NCBI GenBank assembly: GCA_965140615.1
Contig: OZ223280.1
Span: forward strand, 770,763-834,762
DNA: 64,000 nucleotides
Source: Candidatus Cloacimonadales bacterium
GTDB lineage: Bacteria > Cloacimonadota > Cloacimonadia > G963667145
Direction: 5' to 3'
Part shown: positions 48,675 to 58,126 of the stretch, in pieces
Numbering within the stretch: the first letter of the stretch is position 1
Layout: every line of letters starts with the position of its first letter
Notes under the pieces: generated by a model
What the model saw: the letters and a program-made list of their open reading frames with translations, nothing else
The model's database searches: none
What the model was told of the DNA's origin: nothing
Program-made: the position numbers and the translations under genes

Positions 48675-48713
48675 AAAAAAACTTCCCTCCATAATTGGAT
48701 GGGAAGTTTTTTA
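48675..48713. terminator. Bidirectional intrinsic terminator (metG/groES)
   Basis: AAAAAACTTCCC...GGGAAGTTTTTT between convergent genes. Confidence 0.8.
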
Positions 48714-48727
48714 GTTAAACAGATCTT

Positions 48728-48997
48728 TTATTCGACAACTGCCAAAATATCGTCTTGAGACAAGATCATATACTCTTTGCCTTCAAGTTTCACTTCGGTG
48801 CCACCGTATTTAGAATAGAGGACTTCGTCTCCGACTTTTACCAGTTTTTGCAAATCGGCATCGCTACCCACAGCTACGATTTTGCCTGTTTGAGGTTTTT
48901 CTTTGGCAGAATCTGGCAAGATGATGCCTCCGACAGTTTTTTCTTCAGCTTGGCTCATCTCTATGACAACTCTTTTGTCTAAGGGTTTAATTTTCAT
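48728..48997 (-). CDS. groES: Co-chaperonin GroES (no adjacent groEL)
   Basis: [26 protein letters not shown] and DILAVV motifs. Confidence 0.97.
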   Translation of the reverse strand: MKIKPLDKRVVIEMSQAEEKTVGGIILPDSAKEKPQTGKIVAVGSDADLQKLVKVGDEVLYSKYGGTEVKLEGKEYMILSQDDILAVVE

Positions 48998-49019
48998 TTT
49001 GACACTCCTTAAAAATTTA

Positions 49020-49046
49020 TTAGCAGTGCAACCCTGTGTTTGCTAC
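49020..49046. promoter_or_regulatory. Degenerate CIRCE (HrcA operator)
   Basis: TTAGCAGTG-N9-GTTTGCTAC versus TTAGCACTC-N9-GAGTGCTAA, upstream of groES. Confidence 0.5.
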
Positions 49047-49126
49047 TTTTTTAGTCAAGAAAAAATTTGACTAATTTTTACTTGCATTTAAATGCGACAA
49101 TATGAGAAATTTAGGTGGAGGTTTTG

Positions 49127-50488
49127 ATGAAAAAGTTGCTGACTTGGGTTGTTTTTTTATTTGCTTTTAGCGTTAGTCTATGGGGAGCTACCGATTGGCA
49201 AAGGTTGATAGGTAAGGTTTCGGGCTCTTTGGTAAATGTGGTGATGCAAGAAAGTGTAGACGATGGGGAAAGTGCCGAGGTAGTCAGTATGGGTTCAGGG
49301 GTGGTTTTTCAGAAAGAGGCAGAGAGTTACTATTTTGCCACGATTAATGTCAATCTGGATGGGTTAGAGCATAAAAAGTGTTACGCTGTGCTGTCCTCGG
49401 GACAACAATTTCCTGCTAAATTTATCGGGAAAAATGAGAGTGTGAACTTTGCAGTGTATGAGATTAGCCCAAATCAAAGCGTTGAGACACCTTTTTTAAA
49501 CAAGAACGAAGTTGCTCTGGGAGAAGATGTCTGTGTGCTTTCTGCGGGGTTATTTCCAGAGGGAGGGCTACAGGTTTGTGTTTCTGCTGGGGTCGTTTCC
49601 AAAACGGGGGTCTTTTTGCAAAACGATGTTACTAATTCCCAGATTTTTGAGGTGGATGCTAATGTTACAGCTGGTGGTATGGGAGGCGTGGCTATAAACA
49701 ACTCTGGACAGATGGTGGGCTTTGTGATAGACGGCACGAGTTTCTTGGATGGTGGTAGATTGCAGCAGCCTTTGGTGCTTTCGTCTTTATCTTTTGCTAG
49801 TCTTGCTTCTGGGTTTATTTCTGACTACAACTCTAGCAAAAGCTCTGGAGTTGCCGAAGAGTTAGAGCCGTTGTTTCCTATTGAAAACGGGTTTTATGGT
49901 TTAATTTTAAGAGATTTGAATCCGCGAGATTTAAAAAATTATGGGCTGCCTTCCACAGATGGAGTGCTAATAGAAGCTGTAAAGCCGGGCAGTGTTGGTG
50001 CTAAAGCTGGCTTTGCCCCAGACGATTTGATAATAGGTGCGGAAAAGTATAAGGTAGCTAATGTTGCCACGCTTAAGAAGATAGAAAAAAGGGTGAAAAG
50101 TAAAGGGCAGATGTCGATTATCTTATACAAAGATGGCAAGCGAGAGATTATTGTGTTGAAGCTGGAAGATGAGACGCCAGTTGCTAGTGTCATGCCGGGA
50201 TTGGTCTCTCTGCCGAAATCCACAGCTGATATAGTGGTAAGCTCTTTGAGTGAGGCACAAAGGGGTGATCTGGACTTTGGAGTGGTGATCTCGTCTGTAG
50301 CTTCAGGCTCTGCTTACGAAAAGGCTGGTCTGAACAAAGGCGATGTCATCCAAGAGATACAAGATGTGTTGGTGGAGAGTAAGCAACAGTTCGAGCGAGA
50401 GTTTGCGAAAGTCAAGAAAGGCGATCGAGTGCTCTTTTATGTGGTGCATGCCGACGGTAGTTACGGCTATGTAACCGTGGACATCTAA
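49127..50488 (+). CDS. HtrA/DegP-like protein with two PDZ domains; catalytic triad apparently lost
   Basis: Signal peptide, MGSGVVF, VSAGVVS, DA.V..GGMGG and two PDZ segments (PGS..AKAG, GS..EKAGL). Confidence 0.8.
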   Translation: MKKLLTWVVFLFAFSVSLWGATDWQRLIGKVSGSLVNVVMQESVDDGESAEVVSMGSGVVFQKEAESYYFATINVNLDGLEHKKCYAVLSSGQQFPAKFIGKNESVNFAVYEISPNQSVETPFLNKNEVALGEDVCVLSAGLFPEGGLQVCVSAGVVSKTGVFLQNDVTNSQIFEVDANVTAGGMGGVAINNSGQMVGFVIDGTSFLDGGRLQQPLVLSSLSFASLASGFISDYNSSKSSGVAEELEPLFPIENGFYGLILRDLNPRDLKNYGLPSTDGVLIEAVKPGSVGAKAGFAPDDLIIGAEKYKVANVATLKKIEKRVKSKGQMSIILYKDGKREIIVLKLEDETPVASVMPGLVSLPKSTADIVVSSLSEAQRGDLDFGVVISSVASGSAYEKAGLNKGDVIQEIQDVLVESKQQFEREFAKVKKGDRVLFYVVHADGSYGYVTVDI

Positions 50489-50498
50489 TAGCGAAGTT

Positions 50499-51173
50499 GT
50501 GATTGAATTTGTCGCTATTATCACCGCTGCTGGCAGTGGGACTCGGATGCGAGCCGACGGCAAAAAGCAGTTCCTTTTGCTCCAAGGTAAGTCGATTTTG
50601 GAGCACACGATAGATAAGTTCGTCTCCTTAGGGATTTTTGATCGCTTAGTGATAGTTTTGCCTGCTGATGAGTTCGCTATGCAAAGCAAGCGGTTGGCTT
50701 CGCTTTATCCTTCTTTGGAGTTTGTCAAAGGTGGTAAGCTCAGGCAAGAGTCGATTTTTAACGCTTTGAACTTTATAAAAAGTGCTAGCTATGTCTTTGT
50801 TCACGATGGTGTTCGTCCGTTTGTGAGTGAGGCTGTTATCCGTGAGTTGCTAGGGCAGGTGCAGACGAAAAAGGCTGTAATTCCAGCTGTTGCCATGACG
50901 AATACTCTAAAATTGGTAGCTTCTGATAAGGTGCAAAAGAGCTTGGATCGGACGAAGATTTTTGGAGCTACGACACCACAGGCGTTTGACTATAAACTCC
51001 TTAGGGAGTCTTATCAAAAAGCGATGTCTCAGGGTATAGAGTTCACGGACGATGCGAGCCTCTTGGAGTCGCTCGGGCATAGCGTGTACTGGATTGAAGA
51101 TTTTCCGTCTAACATAAAGATTACCACGCCTTTCGACTTTTTGGTGGCTGAGTCTATCGCTGGGGAAATTTAA
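50499..51173 (+). CDS. ispD: 2-C-methyl-D-erythritol 4-phosphate cytidylyltransferase
   Basis: AAGSGTRM, KQFL, GG..RQES, HDGVRP, TPQAF, TDD and NIKITT motifs. Confidence 0.95.
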   Translation: MIEFVAIITAAGSGTRMRADGKKQFLLLQGKSILEHTIDKFVSLGIFDRLVIVLPADEFAMQSKRLASLYPSLEFVKGGKLRQESIFNALNFIKSASYVFVHDGVRPFVSEAVIRELLGQVQTKKAVIPAVAMTNTLKLVASDKVQKSLDRTKIFGATTPQAFDYKLLRESYQKAMSQGIEFTDDASLLESLGHSVYWIEDFPSNIKITTPFDFLVAESIAGEI

Positions 51174-52365
51174 TTTTTTTAACGCTTTTTATCTCGATGT
51201 GGGCGTAACCATCTGGGAAGATTATTTCCAGACTCTTTTTTTCCGATATTTCGTTAAGTTTTCGCAAAGTTTTGCCTTCTTGTCTTGCTATCGTGTAGCC
51301 TCTGGCCAAAGTTTTTAGAGGCGATAATTCGGCTAATTTCCCTTCGCTTGCTGTGAAGTTTTCACTGATTTTGTGAAGTGCTGAACGAAGCAGATAGTCT
51401 AGTTTTAGCTGGCTATTGCTTATTTTAGCGTCGATCTCTTTTAGTTTTGTGAACGGCGACAATGTCAGTAATGTTTTTTGCAATAGTTCGATTTTTTGTC
51501 TGTGGCTTGTTAGATTTGTTTGAACTGTTCGCCTTATAAAGTTTTGTGTGTCTTGCAGTTTTTCTAGCAAATCTTTCTTATCTGGCACGGCGAGTTCTGC
51601 TGCTGCAGAAGGTGTGGGTGCACGCATATCTGCTACAAAGTCGGCGATTGTGAAGTCTATTTCGTGTCCGACTGCGGAAATTATGGGAGTTTTGGCAGTA
51701 AAGATTGCTCTGGCTAGGTTTTCGGAGTTGAAGCAGAAAAGGTCTTCTTGGCTACCACCGCCTCTGCCGACGATGATGGTATCTACAAGGTGCTTTTTTT
51801 CAAAATATTTTATCCCTTTTATGATTGCTTTGTCAGCTTTTTCGCCTTGTACGGTGGCTGGATACAGATAAATTTGGCAAGGAAATCTTCTCGAGAGGAC
51901 ATTTTTGATGTCTTGGATAGCTGCACCAGTTGCAGAGGTTACTATTCCTATTTTTGCAGGATATTTGGGGATTTTTTTCTTGTGAGTTTCTTCAAAAAGC
52001 CCCTCTGATGCTAGCTTGCTTTTTAGTTCTTCAAACTTTTTGTTGAGGTCTCCAGCCCCCTTTTTCTCCATCTGCGACACCACTATCTGGTATGTGCCCC
52101 CTGCTTCGTAGACATCTAGCTTGCCAAAGCAGACCACCTCTTCGCCGTTTTGGGGGACGAAATCGAGCATTGAGCAGTAGTAGCGGAACATTATCCCTCT
52201 GATGGTGGCTTTGTCGTCTTTTAGGCTGAAGTAAAGATGTCCAGAGCGGTGCAAGGTGCAGTTGGAGAGCTCGCCTTTGATGAACAGATTGGGTATATTG
52301 TTTTTCACAATGTTTTTTAAATGCCCGTTTATCTGGCTGACGCTAAAAATTTCTCTGTTTTCCAT
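51154..52365 (-). CDS. xseA: Exodeoxyribonuclease VII large subunit
   Basis: SGHLYFSLKD, GRGGGS.EDL, SAVGHEID and TPSAAAE motifs. Confidence 0.96.
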   Translation of the reverse strand: MENREIFSVSQINGHLKNIVKNNIPNLFIKGELSNCTLHRSGHLYFSLKDDKATIRGIMFRYYCSMLDFVPQNGEEVVCFGKLDVYEAGGTYQIVVSQMEKKGAGDLNKKFEELKSKLASEGLFEETHKKKIPKYPAKIGIVTSATGAAIQDIKNVLSRRFPCQIYLYPATVQGEKADKAIIKGIKYFEKKHLVDTIIVGRGGGSQEDLFCFNSENLARAIFTAKTPIISAVGHEIDFTIADFVADMRAPTPSAAAELAVPDKKDLLEKLQDTQNFIRRTVQTNLTSHRQKIELLQKTLLTLSPFTKLKEIDAKISNSQLKLDYLLRSALHKISENFTASEGKLAELSPLKTLARGYTIARQEGKTLRKLNEISEKKSLEIIFPDGYAHIEIKSVKKIKFPQR

Positions 52366-52380
52366 AATTTTTTTGTTTGT

Positions 52381-53571
52381 TTAGTAGAAAGGTTGGAGAG
52401 CTTTGTCCAAAATTCCGTTGACTTTGCAAATGAGCATACCGTAGTTTGTGATGGGTGTGTTTTGCTCTTTGGCACGGCTGAGCCGCCTTTGCATCTCGGT
52501 GCTATTCATCATACAGCCACCGCAGTGGATTATTAACGCTAGCTGTTCCATATTTTCTGGGTAATCGTTGCCGACGCTGAAGACGAATTTTAGCTTCTTG
52601 CCTGTGTATTTGCTAAGCCATTTGGGGATTTTGTAGCGACCGATGTCGTCGTCTTGTGTGTGATGGGAGCACGCCTCGGCTATCATCACTGTGTCGTTGT
52701 CCTTCAGCTTGTCGATTTGTTCTATGCCTTCCAAGAGTAATTTAAGGTCTCCTTTGTAGCGAGCGAACACAATAGAAAATGTGGTGAAAAGAGTGTTCTC
52801 AGGGATTATCTTTTTTATCTGAGCTACAGCCTGAGAATCTGTGATAATCATCTTGGGATTGTCTAGCAATGCTTTTGCTAGTTGTTCCGATTGGGTAACT
52901 GTGGCTATAGCGTTGTTGTCTAAGATGTTTCTCAGCACTTGCACTTGGGGCAAAATTAAGCGAAATTTAGGTGCAGAAGCATCAATAGGGCAGTTCAAAA
53001 CGATTTTATCGCCTTTTTTTAGCAAATCATCGAGTAAAACTTGTTTTTTTTTGTGTTTTTCAGGCAAAATTTCAATAATTTTTTCTCTTAATGCAACGAC
53101 AGAGTCTTGATCGAAGCAAGAAACTTTTTGATAAAAAATAGCTAAACTTTGGCAAAATTCTTCATTTTTCTTGTTAATTTTCAGTAAATCTCCCTTATTA
53201 AAGACAATTATTGTTTTAATTTCGAGATTTTTTAACTTTTTTACTAACTCTTCGTCTTCACTTGTGATACCATCTTCGGCGACGACTAAGATAGCGAGGT
53301 CTGTTTTCATCAAGATTTGCAGGCTAGCTTTGCGTCTTTTTTCTCCGAGCTCTCCACTATCGTCTATGCCTGCAGTGTCGTAGAAGGTTACTGGTCCCAC
53401 AGGTACGAGCTCGTATCTTTTGGCTACAGGGTCGGTGGTAGTGCCTCGTGTGGAGTCTACTATAGATATTTTTTGCTCTGTTAGAGCGTTAATCAGAGAA
53501 GACTTACCAGCGTTTATTTTGCCTAAGATGGCGATATTAAGTCTCTCCCCTTTTGGTTCAAGCTGTTTCAT
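52381..53571 (-). CDS. hydF: [FeFe]-hydrogenase maturation GTPase HydF
   Basis: G..NAGKSS, GTTTDPV, DTAG, RLILPQ, EACSHH and HCGGCM motifs. Confidence 0.96.
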   Translation of the reverse strand: MKQLEPKGERLNIAILGKINAGKSSLINALTEQKISIVDSTRGTTTDPVAKRYELVPVGPVTFYDTAGIDDSGELGEKRRKASLQILMKTDLAILVVAEDGITSEDEELVKKLKNLEIKTIIVFNKGDLLKINKKNEEFCQSLAIFYQKVSCFDQDSVVALREKIIEILPEKHKKKQVLLDDLLKKGDKIVLNCPIDASAPKFRLILPQVQVLRNILDNNAIATVTQSEQLAKALLDNPKMIITDSQAVAQIKKIIPENTLFTTFSIVFARYKGDLKLLLEGIEQIDKLKDNDTVMIAEACSHHTQDDDIGRYKIPKWLSKYTGKKLKFVFSVGNDYPENMEQLALIIHCGGCMMNSTEMQRRLSRAKEQNTPITNYGMLICKVNGILDKALQPFY

Positions 53572-54611
53572 CTTGGTATCTCCTTAGATTGTGTTGTTTT
53601 GTTCTTATTGATGAAGTGTTTGGGATCGCCAGCAACTCCCGGATCGATAGTTTCGCCTAAGGTAGTAGCGTAGTTTAACATCTCGGAATCGTCAACAAAC
53701 GCTTTATTCTCATAGAGGGAGTAGTTTCCTTTATAAGATTCTGGGGTTAGATTTGGCATTAGCACATTTGCCCCAGCTTTAATGCCTTTTAGGTATCCTG
53801 TGTTGTCAATAGTTTGCAGGGCTGTAGAAGCGACGATATTTATATCTTGGAGCATTATTCTGCAAATGGCGATAACTTTTAGGGATAGCTCTAGGTTTTC
53901 TTGGGTGTTTATCTTGCTAGAGTTGAGCCACATAGGGGTGTTTTGGCAGGGGATATATGGACCTAAGCCCAACATATCAACATCAAGTTTTTGGAAAAAG
54001 AGGATATCTTGGGCGATGCTTTCTAGGGTTTGTTGAGGAAAGCCAACTAAAATTCCTGTTCCTGTCTGATATCCGATATCTTTGAGGAGGTGTAAGCATC
54101 TTAGTCTGTTGTTGTAGCTCATCTCTGGCGGGTGGATTTTTTTGTAGAGTTTGTGGTTAGAAGTTTCAATTCTCAGCAGATAGCGGTCAGCTCCAGAGTC
54201 GTACCATCTTTGGTAAGTCTCTTTTGTTTGTTCTCCTGTGGACAGTACAACTTTGAAGTTTTTGTCTGTTTTTTTTGCAAATTTGATGAGATTATCTATG
54301 TTTTCAACAAATTTTGGGTCGCTTCTTTCCCCTGATTGGATGACAAAGGAGGCGTATCTTTGTTTGTGTATCTTCTCAATGTTTTTTTTCATCTGAGGTA
54401 TAGAGATTTCAAATCTTTTCACCCTTTCGTTTTTTGCCCTGATACCACAATAAAAACAGTTCCTAAAGCAAATATTACTATACTCAAGCAACGCTCTGAG
54501 ATAAGTTTTGCTCCCTACATAAGACAATTTTGTGAGGTAGGCACGATCAAAGAGTTCTTGACTCTCATTTTGACTTAGAAGGTGGACAATCTCTTTTTTA
54601 TTCATTTGCAT
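53568..54611 (-). CDS. hydE: [FeFe]-hydrogenase maturase HydE
   Basis: CFRNCFYCG, RYLLRIET, GANVLMPNLTP and YSLYENK motifs; adjacent to hydF. Confidence 0.93.
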   Translation of the reverse strand: MQMNKKEIVHLLSQNESQELFDRAYLTKLSYVGSKTYLRALLEYSNICFRNCFYCGIRAKNERVKRFEISIPQMKKNIEKIHKQRYASFVIQSGERSDPKFVENIDNLIKFAKKTDKNFKVVLSTGEQTKETYQRWYDSGADRYLLRIETSNHKLYKKIHPPEMSYNNRLRCLHLLKDIGYQTGTGILVGFPQQTLESIAQDILFFQKLDVDMLGLGPYIPCQNTPMWLNSSKINTQENLELSLKVIAICRIMLQDINIVASTALQTIDNTGYLKGIKAGANVLMPNLTPESYKGNYSLYENKAFVDDSEMLNYATTLGETIDPGVAGDPKHFINKNKTTQSKEIPR

Positions 54612-54652
54612 TTGAGCATAGAAAAAGATTTTATGATTTGAGTCAAGAAATA

Positions 54653-55873
54653 TGGAAACTCCACACTAAAAGTATCCACCCCAAGTTAGTGATTTGTAAT
54701 TGGCTGGTTTATGATAAAATGGAAAAGTTAATTAGAAAAATGGAGAAATAGTCTGTAAAAAAAATGGTCAAATCAGCCGTGAGAGCTGTAATTTGACCAT
54801 TATGAACAAATATATAGACAATTTGAAAATTATGAGTAGAAAAGACAAGAAATTTTATCGGAAAAATTTGGTGAAATTTGCAAATGAAACATCTATTTCC
54901 GCTGCAGCTAGAGAATTTGAGACCACTAGAAAAACTGTGCGAAAGTGGGTCAAAGCCTATAAAGAAAAGGGCGAGGATGGTCTGGTTAATAAATCTCGAA
55001 AAGAGCAAAATTTCCCAAATCGCTTGAAATCTGAGATAATAGAGGAAATAGTAGTTTGTCGCAAAAAGGCAAAAAACCGCTGGGGAGCTAGGCGAATTAT
55101 TGACCATTTGCAGTTAAATTGTTCAGCTTCGACTGTTCATAAAAAGCTCTGTGATGCTGGTTTGGTAAAGAAAAAGAAACGGAAATATCAGCAACGCAAA
55201 GATTTAAGTGAAATGCGAGCTAGGACAAAACCTTTTGAAAAAATCCAAGTGGATATTAAGTATTTGACCGATATGCCAGAGTTGTTTGAGGGGATTAAGT
55301 ACAAAAATTATCCTCGCTATCAAATCACTGCTAGAGACTACAAAACTGGCATGCAATTTATCGGTTATTGCTATGAGAAAACATCCGTAAATGCAGGGAT
55401 TTATATCGATTTTTTGTCTAAAAGATTAAAGAGTTGTGGTGTTGATCTTTCCAAAGTTACTTTTCAGACCGACAATGGCTCAGAGTTTGTGAGTCCCAAG
55501 AAAAAGGGTTTGAGCTTTTTTCAAAAAAGTGTGCAAATAAATGGTGCTAATCATTCGCTTATCCCCAAAGGTTCGCCCACTTTTAATTCTGATGTTGAAA
55601 GTGCTCATCGGCTGGTAGAGGACGAGTTTTATCTGATTGATGAATTTGATGATTGCAACGATTTTGTGCGTAAAGCACACAGTTATACGCTGTATTTTAA
55701 TCATTTTAGAGGAAACAGAGGGCGAAAAGGTAAGACTCCGAAGCAAATTTTGCGGGAAAATTCTAGGAAGCCCAATTTTAATGTTTTGAACATTAGCCCA
55801 ATAATCACAGATTATTATTTAAAAGATATAGAAAAAATAAATAAGGGTGGATACTTTTACTGTGTACCGCCCA
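54653..55873 (+). mobile_element. IS481-like insertion sequence (1221 bp) with 29-bp imperfect TIRs and 15-bp target duplication
   Basis: IRL 54653-54681 and IRR 55845-55873 match at 23/29 and end TGG...CCA. Direct repeat TTGAGTCAAGAAATA at 54638-54652 and 55874-55888. Confidence 0.9.
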
Positions 55874-55896
55874 TTGAGTCAAGAAATAAAACTTGA
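54802..55896 (+). CDS. IS481-like DDE transposase
   Basis: HTH (AAREFETTRKTVRKW), QVDIKY, QTDNGSEF and NSDVESAH; single ORF. Confidence 0.92.
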   Translation: MNKYIDNLKIMSRKDKKFYRKNLVKFANETSISAAAREFETTRKTVRKWVKAYKEKGEDGLVNKSRKEQNFPNRLKSEIIEEIVVCRKKAKNRWGARRIIDHLQLNCSASTVHKKLCDAGLVKKKKRKYQQRKDLSEMRARTKPFEKIQVDIKYLTDMPELFEGIKYKNYPRYQITARDYKTGMQFIGYCYEKTSVNAGIYIDFLSKRLKSCGVDLSKVTFQTDNGSEFVSPKKKGLSFFQKSVQINGANHSLIPKGSPTFNSDVESAHRLVEDEFYLIDEFDDCNDFVRKAHSYTLYFNHFRGNRGRKGKTPKQILRENSRKPNFNVLNISPIITDYYLKDIEKINKGGYFYCVPPIESRNKT

Positions 55897-55932
55897 CAGC
55901 AGAAACTTGTCTGATATCAGAGGAGAAAGGTA

Positions 55933-56685
55933 ATGCTTGAATTTCAGGCAAATATAATAAAAAAAAGAGGAGAAATGGCTATAAAAAGAGAAAAGCTCTC
56001 TGAGTTGGTAAGAAAAAAGCTACGGAAAATTGTTAAAGACAAGCCAACGGGGTTTAAATTACCCTCAGAAAATGAATTGGCAAAACAGTTTGCGGTGAGC
56101 AGATCTACTATTAGGGAAGCTGTGAGTACTTTGATAGCGGAGAGGCTTATTTTGGTGCGACAAGGCAAAGGGCTGTTTGTCAGAAGCGAGCAAAAAGACC
56201 CAGTTTTAGGTGCGAAAGAGTCGCTGGAGGACAAAGATAAGCTTTGGTACGCCTATTCAATATCCAATTTATTGGAGAGTAGTAACATTATTGATATTGC
56301 TTCTGATATTTCGGAGGTACAAGTAAGTAAACTTGAAAAAAATCTCAAAAGATTTGTGGATTGTACGGAAAAAGAGGTAAACAAACAGGTTCGCTTGCAA
56401 CAATTAATGGAGATTGACCATGAATTTCACTTTCTATTAGCTAGTTTTTCGCATAATAGCTTCTTATTAGCTTTTTTGGATTACCTTTTCACTAGAATTA
56501 GAGAGTCTCGCTGTCATTTTTTGGATTCTGCGGAAAAGGAACAAAGGATGATATGGGAGCATAGGAGTATTGTGGAAGCTTTGTCTAAAGGTACTGGGCT
56601 AGCTGCTAAAGCGTTAATGCAAGGACATTTGGAAAATTATTTGGAATATTTAGGGTACGAGCAGGGTAATTTTCAAAAAAAATAG
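55933..56685 (+). CDS. GntR/FadR family regulator
   Basis: LPSENELA..F.VSRSTIREA, QGKG and FCD domain (D.EFH, EH..I). Alternative start at 55975. Confidence 0.92.
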   Translation: MLEFQANIIKKRGEMAIKREKLSELVRKKLRKIVKDKPTGFKLPSENELAKQFAVSRSTIREAVSTLIAERLILVRQGKGLFVRSEQKDPVLGAKESLEDKDKLWYAYSISNLLESSNIIDIASDISEVQVSKLEKNLKRFVDCTEKEVNKQVRLQQLMEIDHEFHFLLASFSHNSFLLAFLDYLFTRIRESRCHFLDSAEKEQRMIWEHRSIVEALSKGTGLAAKALMQGHLENYLEYLGYEQGNFQKK

Positions 56686-56718
56686 CACTTTTTACCGATT
56701 TTTCAGTAAAAAGTGCTA
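56683..56718. terminator. Bidirectional terminator (gntR/trpB)
   Basis: 13-bp inverted repeat TAGCACTTTTTAC/GTAAAAAGTGCTA between convergent genes. Confidence 0.75.
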
Positions 56719-56732
56719 AATTAGAGACTCTT

Positions 56733-57911
56733 TTACATATATTTTGATTCGATGTATTCTAAATCTTTGTCTCCTCGTCCAGAAAGGTTTACCAGTATTT
56801 TTTCATTATTTGTGCATTTTTTTGCTAATTTTATAGCAAAAGCAACTGCATGAGAGCTTTCTAGTGCGGGGATTATGCCTTCACTCTGGCACAAAGTAAA
56901 AAATCCTTCCAAAGCCTCTTTATCTGTGATGGTGTGATAGTTCACTCTTTCAATATCTTTTAGATAGCTGTGTACTGGTCCAACTCCCGGATAGTCTAAC
57001 CCGCTGGCAATGGTATTTACTGGGGAAGGGTTTCCTTGTTTGTCTTGGAGGAGGTAACTTCTGAACCCGTGTAAAACCCCGGGAGATCCTTTGGTGAGTG
57101 TGGCAGCGTGTTCTCCTGTCTTGAAAGATTGTCCTGCGGGTTCTACGCCGTGCATTCTTATGCCTTCGTCTTCGAGGAAAGCCCTGAAAAGACCTATAGC
57201 GTTGCTGCCGCCTCCGACACAAGCTACGAGGTGGTCTGGCAGTCTGTCGGTGAGCTCCAAAAATTGCTGGCGAGCTTCTTGCCCCACGATAGATTGGAAA
57301 TCTTGTACCATTTGAGGAAAAGGATGAGGTCCAACAACAGACCCTATAGCGTAAAATTGATTCTTGATGTCTTTTAGGTACTCTTGAAAGGCGATATCAA
57401 CTGCTTCTTTTAGGGTAGCTAGCCCTACAGTTACGGGAATCACCTTGGCTCCTAATAATCTCATTCTGGTAACATTTGGTTTCTCTTTTTCGATATCGAC
57501 AGCACCCATGTAGATATCGCACTCTAGCTTGAGTAAAGTGGCAGCAGTAGCAAGGGCTACACCGTGTTGTCCTGCTCCAGTCTCGGCGATGACTTTCTTT
57601 TTGCCCATCTTTTTGGCTAAAAGAACTTCTCCTAGGCAATGGTTCAGCTTGTGAGCACCAGTGTGGTTTAGATCTTCTCTTTTTAGGTATATTTGAGCAC
57701 CGTATTTTTCGCTTAAATTTTTGGCAAAGTATGTGGGGGTTGGTCTGCCAGAGTAGTGTTTGTAGAGGTTGTGGAGCTCTTTGATAAAGCTGGGATCTTT
57801 TTTTAGTTGTTGGTACTGTTTATCGATATTTTTTAGTTCTGCTTTTAGATTTTCTGGGACGAAGACGCCCCCATATTCGCCGAAAAATCCATTTATAGAG
57901 TCAAACTGCAT
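56733..57911 (-). CDS. trpB: Tryptophan synthase beta subunit (stand-alone)
   Basis: [35 protein letters not shown] and LSGRGDKD motifs. Confidence 0.97.
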   Translation of the reverse strand: MQFDSINGFFGEYGGVFVPENLKAELKNIDKQYQQLKKDPSFIKELHNLYKHYSGRPTPTYFAKNLSEKYGAQIYLKREDLNHTGAHKLNHCLGEVLLAKKMGKKKVIAETGAGQHGVALATAATLLKLECDIYMGAVDIEKEKPNVTRMRLLGAKVIPVTVGLATLKEAVDIAFQEYLKDIKNQFYAIGSVVGPHPFPQMVQDFQSIVGQEARQQFLELTDRLPDHLVACVGGGSNAIGLFRAFLEDEGIRMHGVEPAGQSFKTGEHAATLTKGSPGVLHGFRSYLLQDKQGNPSPVNTIASGLDYPGVGPVHSYLKDIERVNYHTITDKEALEGFFTLCQSEGIIPALESSHAVAFAIKLAKKCTNNEKILVNLSGRGDKDLEYIESKYM

Positions 57912-58006
57912 ATTATTCTCCTTGAGACATATTATTTATAAAAAGGGTATGAGGTAATGCGAGCCGAAAGATAGCCCGCAGTTGGGGATATTATGGTAGG
58001 GAAGCC

Positions 58007-58084
58007 CTACCACCATCGCAATGTAGAACAGATATCGCTAGATAAAAGAAGAGAGTAACTAAAAAGAACACAGCTCTTTTTCAT
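58007..58084 (-). CDS. trpL: Trp leader peptide MKKSCVLFSYSLLLSSDICSTLRWW
   Basis: AGGAGG RBS, ATG 58084, tandem TGG TGG immediately before TAG; upstream of trpB. Confidence 0.82.
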   Translation of the reverse strand: MKKSCVLFSYSLLLSSDICSTLRWW

Positions 58085-58126
58085 TTTGTTACTACCTCCT
58101 TTTAAAAAAATTTGTGTCAATGAAGA

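Noticed and set aside
38524..54611. hydG separated from hydEF, with no hydA in the window
   Set aside because: Dispersed maturase genes are common; hydA is probably elsewhere in the genome.
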